Source: Rhizophagus irregularis (lineage: Eukaryota). From it: 64,000 nucleotides of DNA. Below are positions 63,574-64,000 of the stretch, piece by piece (position 1 is the first letter of the stretch; every line of letters starts with the position of its first letter). A program made the translations under genes and the position numbers. Under the pieces are notes generated by a model. It did no database searches and was not told the DNA's origin. It was given only the letters and a program-made list of their open reading frames with translations. The stretch spans positions 1,922,001-1,986,000 of the forward strand of contig NC_089435.1 of assembly GCF_026210795.1 (NCBI RefSeq). Direction: 5' to 3'.

Positions 63574-64000
63574 TTAAAGACGATAATCAACTCCACCACG
63601 AAATACTACATATTTAAAATCTTTGATTACTCCAGAACTTTTGTATTTATTAATCAATTCTTTATATTGTATTCCTTCATAAATAGGATCATTTGTAGTT
63701 AAGGAAAGTGCGGGTCTACCACTCCAATTTTTAAAGAATGTCTCCAAGTTTGGTAAAGAAAATTTAAAATCATCATAAAATCTAATTTCTCTCAAGTTAG
63801 TTGGCGCAGATCTAATTAATAATTTTAATAAATTATCGCCATTTTTCAAAAATTTTCTTTGAGTTTCCACCTTTCCCGAGTTATGTATAACTATTAATAA
63901 TGATTTTAAATTTTTACAAATTTTTAATAATTTTTCAAATTCAGAGAATTGCTCTGTTGTTGGTGAAAATGAAATTGATAAATATTCAATTAAAGGACAA
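63574..64000 (-). CDS. 3' end of an F-box-like/LRR gene running off the window edge
   Basis: Open frame from the edge: CPLIEYLSISF...FEKLLKICKNLKSL...IRSAPTNLREIRF...FFKNWSGRPAL...YKSSGVIKDF, matching the C-terminus of 27739. Confidence 0.8.
   Translation of the reverse strand, partial: CPLIEYLSISFSPTTEQFSEFEKLLKICKNLKSLLIVIHNSGKVETQRKFLKNGDNLLKLLIRSAPTNLREIRFYDDFKFSLPNLETFFKNWSGRPALSLTTNDPIYEGIQYKELINKYKSSGVIKDFKYVVFRGGVDYRL

Overview
Very AT-rich eukaryotic DNA with short GT-AG introns. The gene content is typical of an arbuscular mycorrhizal fungus (Glomeromycotina, Rhizophagus-like); this taxonomic call is inferred from the gene families, not from a database match. The window is an accessory, gene-family-expansion region. 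It holds two TKL-type protein kinase genes (one with an in-frame stop, one with a tandemly amplified 3' exon), two Sel1-repeat genes, four F-box/LRR-like genes plus relics, an 8-exon TRP-like channel gene plus a fragment, a tandem array of five copies (three intact) of an uncharacterised multi-pass membrane protein, a tRNA-Trp(CCA), an L-amino-acid-oxidase-like pseudogene, and many non-autonomous transposons. The most striking structure is at 20810-23738. A CACTG-ended element with a 3-bp target duplication has inserted into the last codons of an F-box gene and supplied a new C-terminus. Nested inside it is a 2.2-kb element with ~140-bp inverted termini whose cargo is a regular array of about 12 micro-exons with no transposase.
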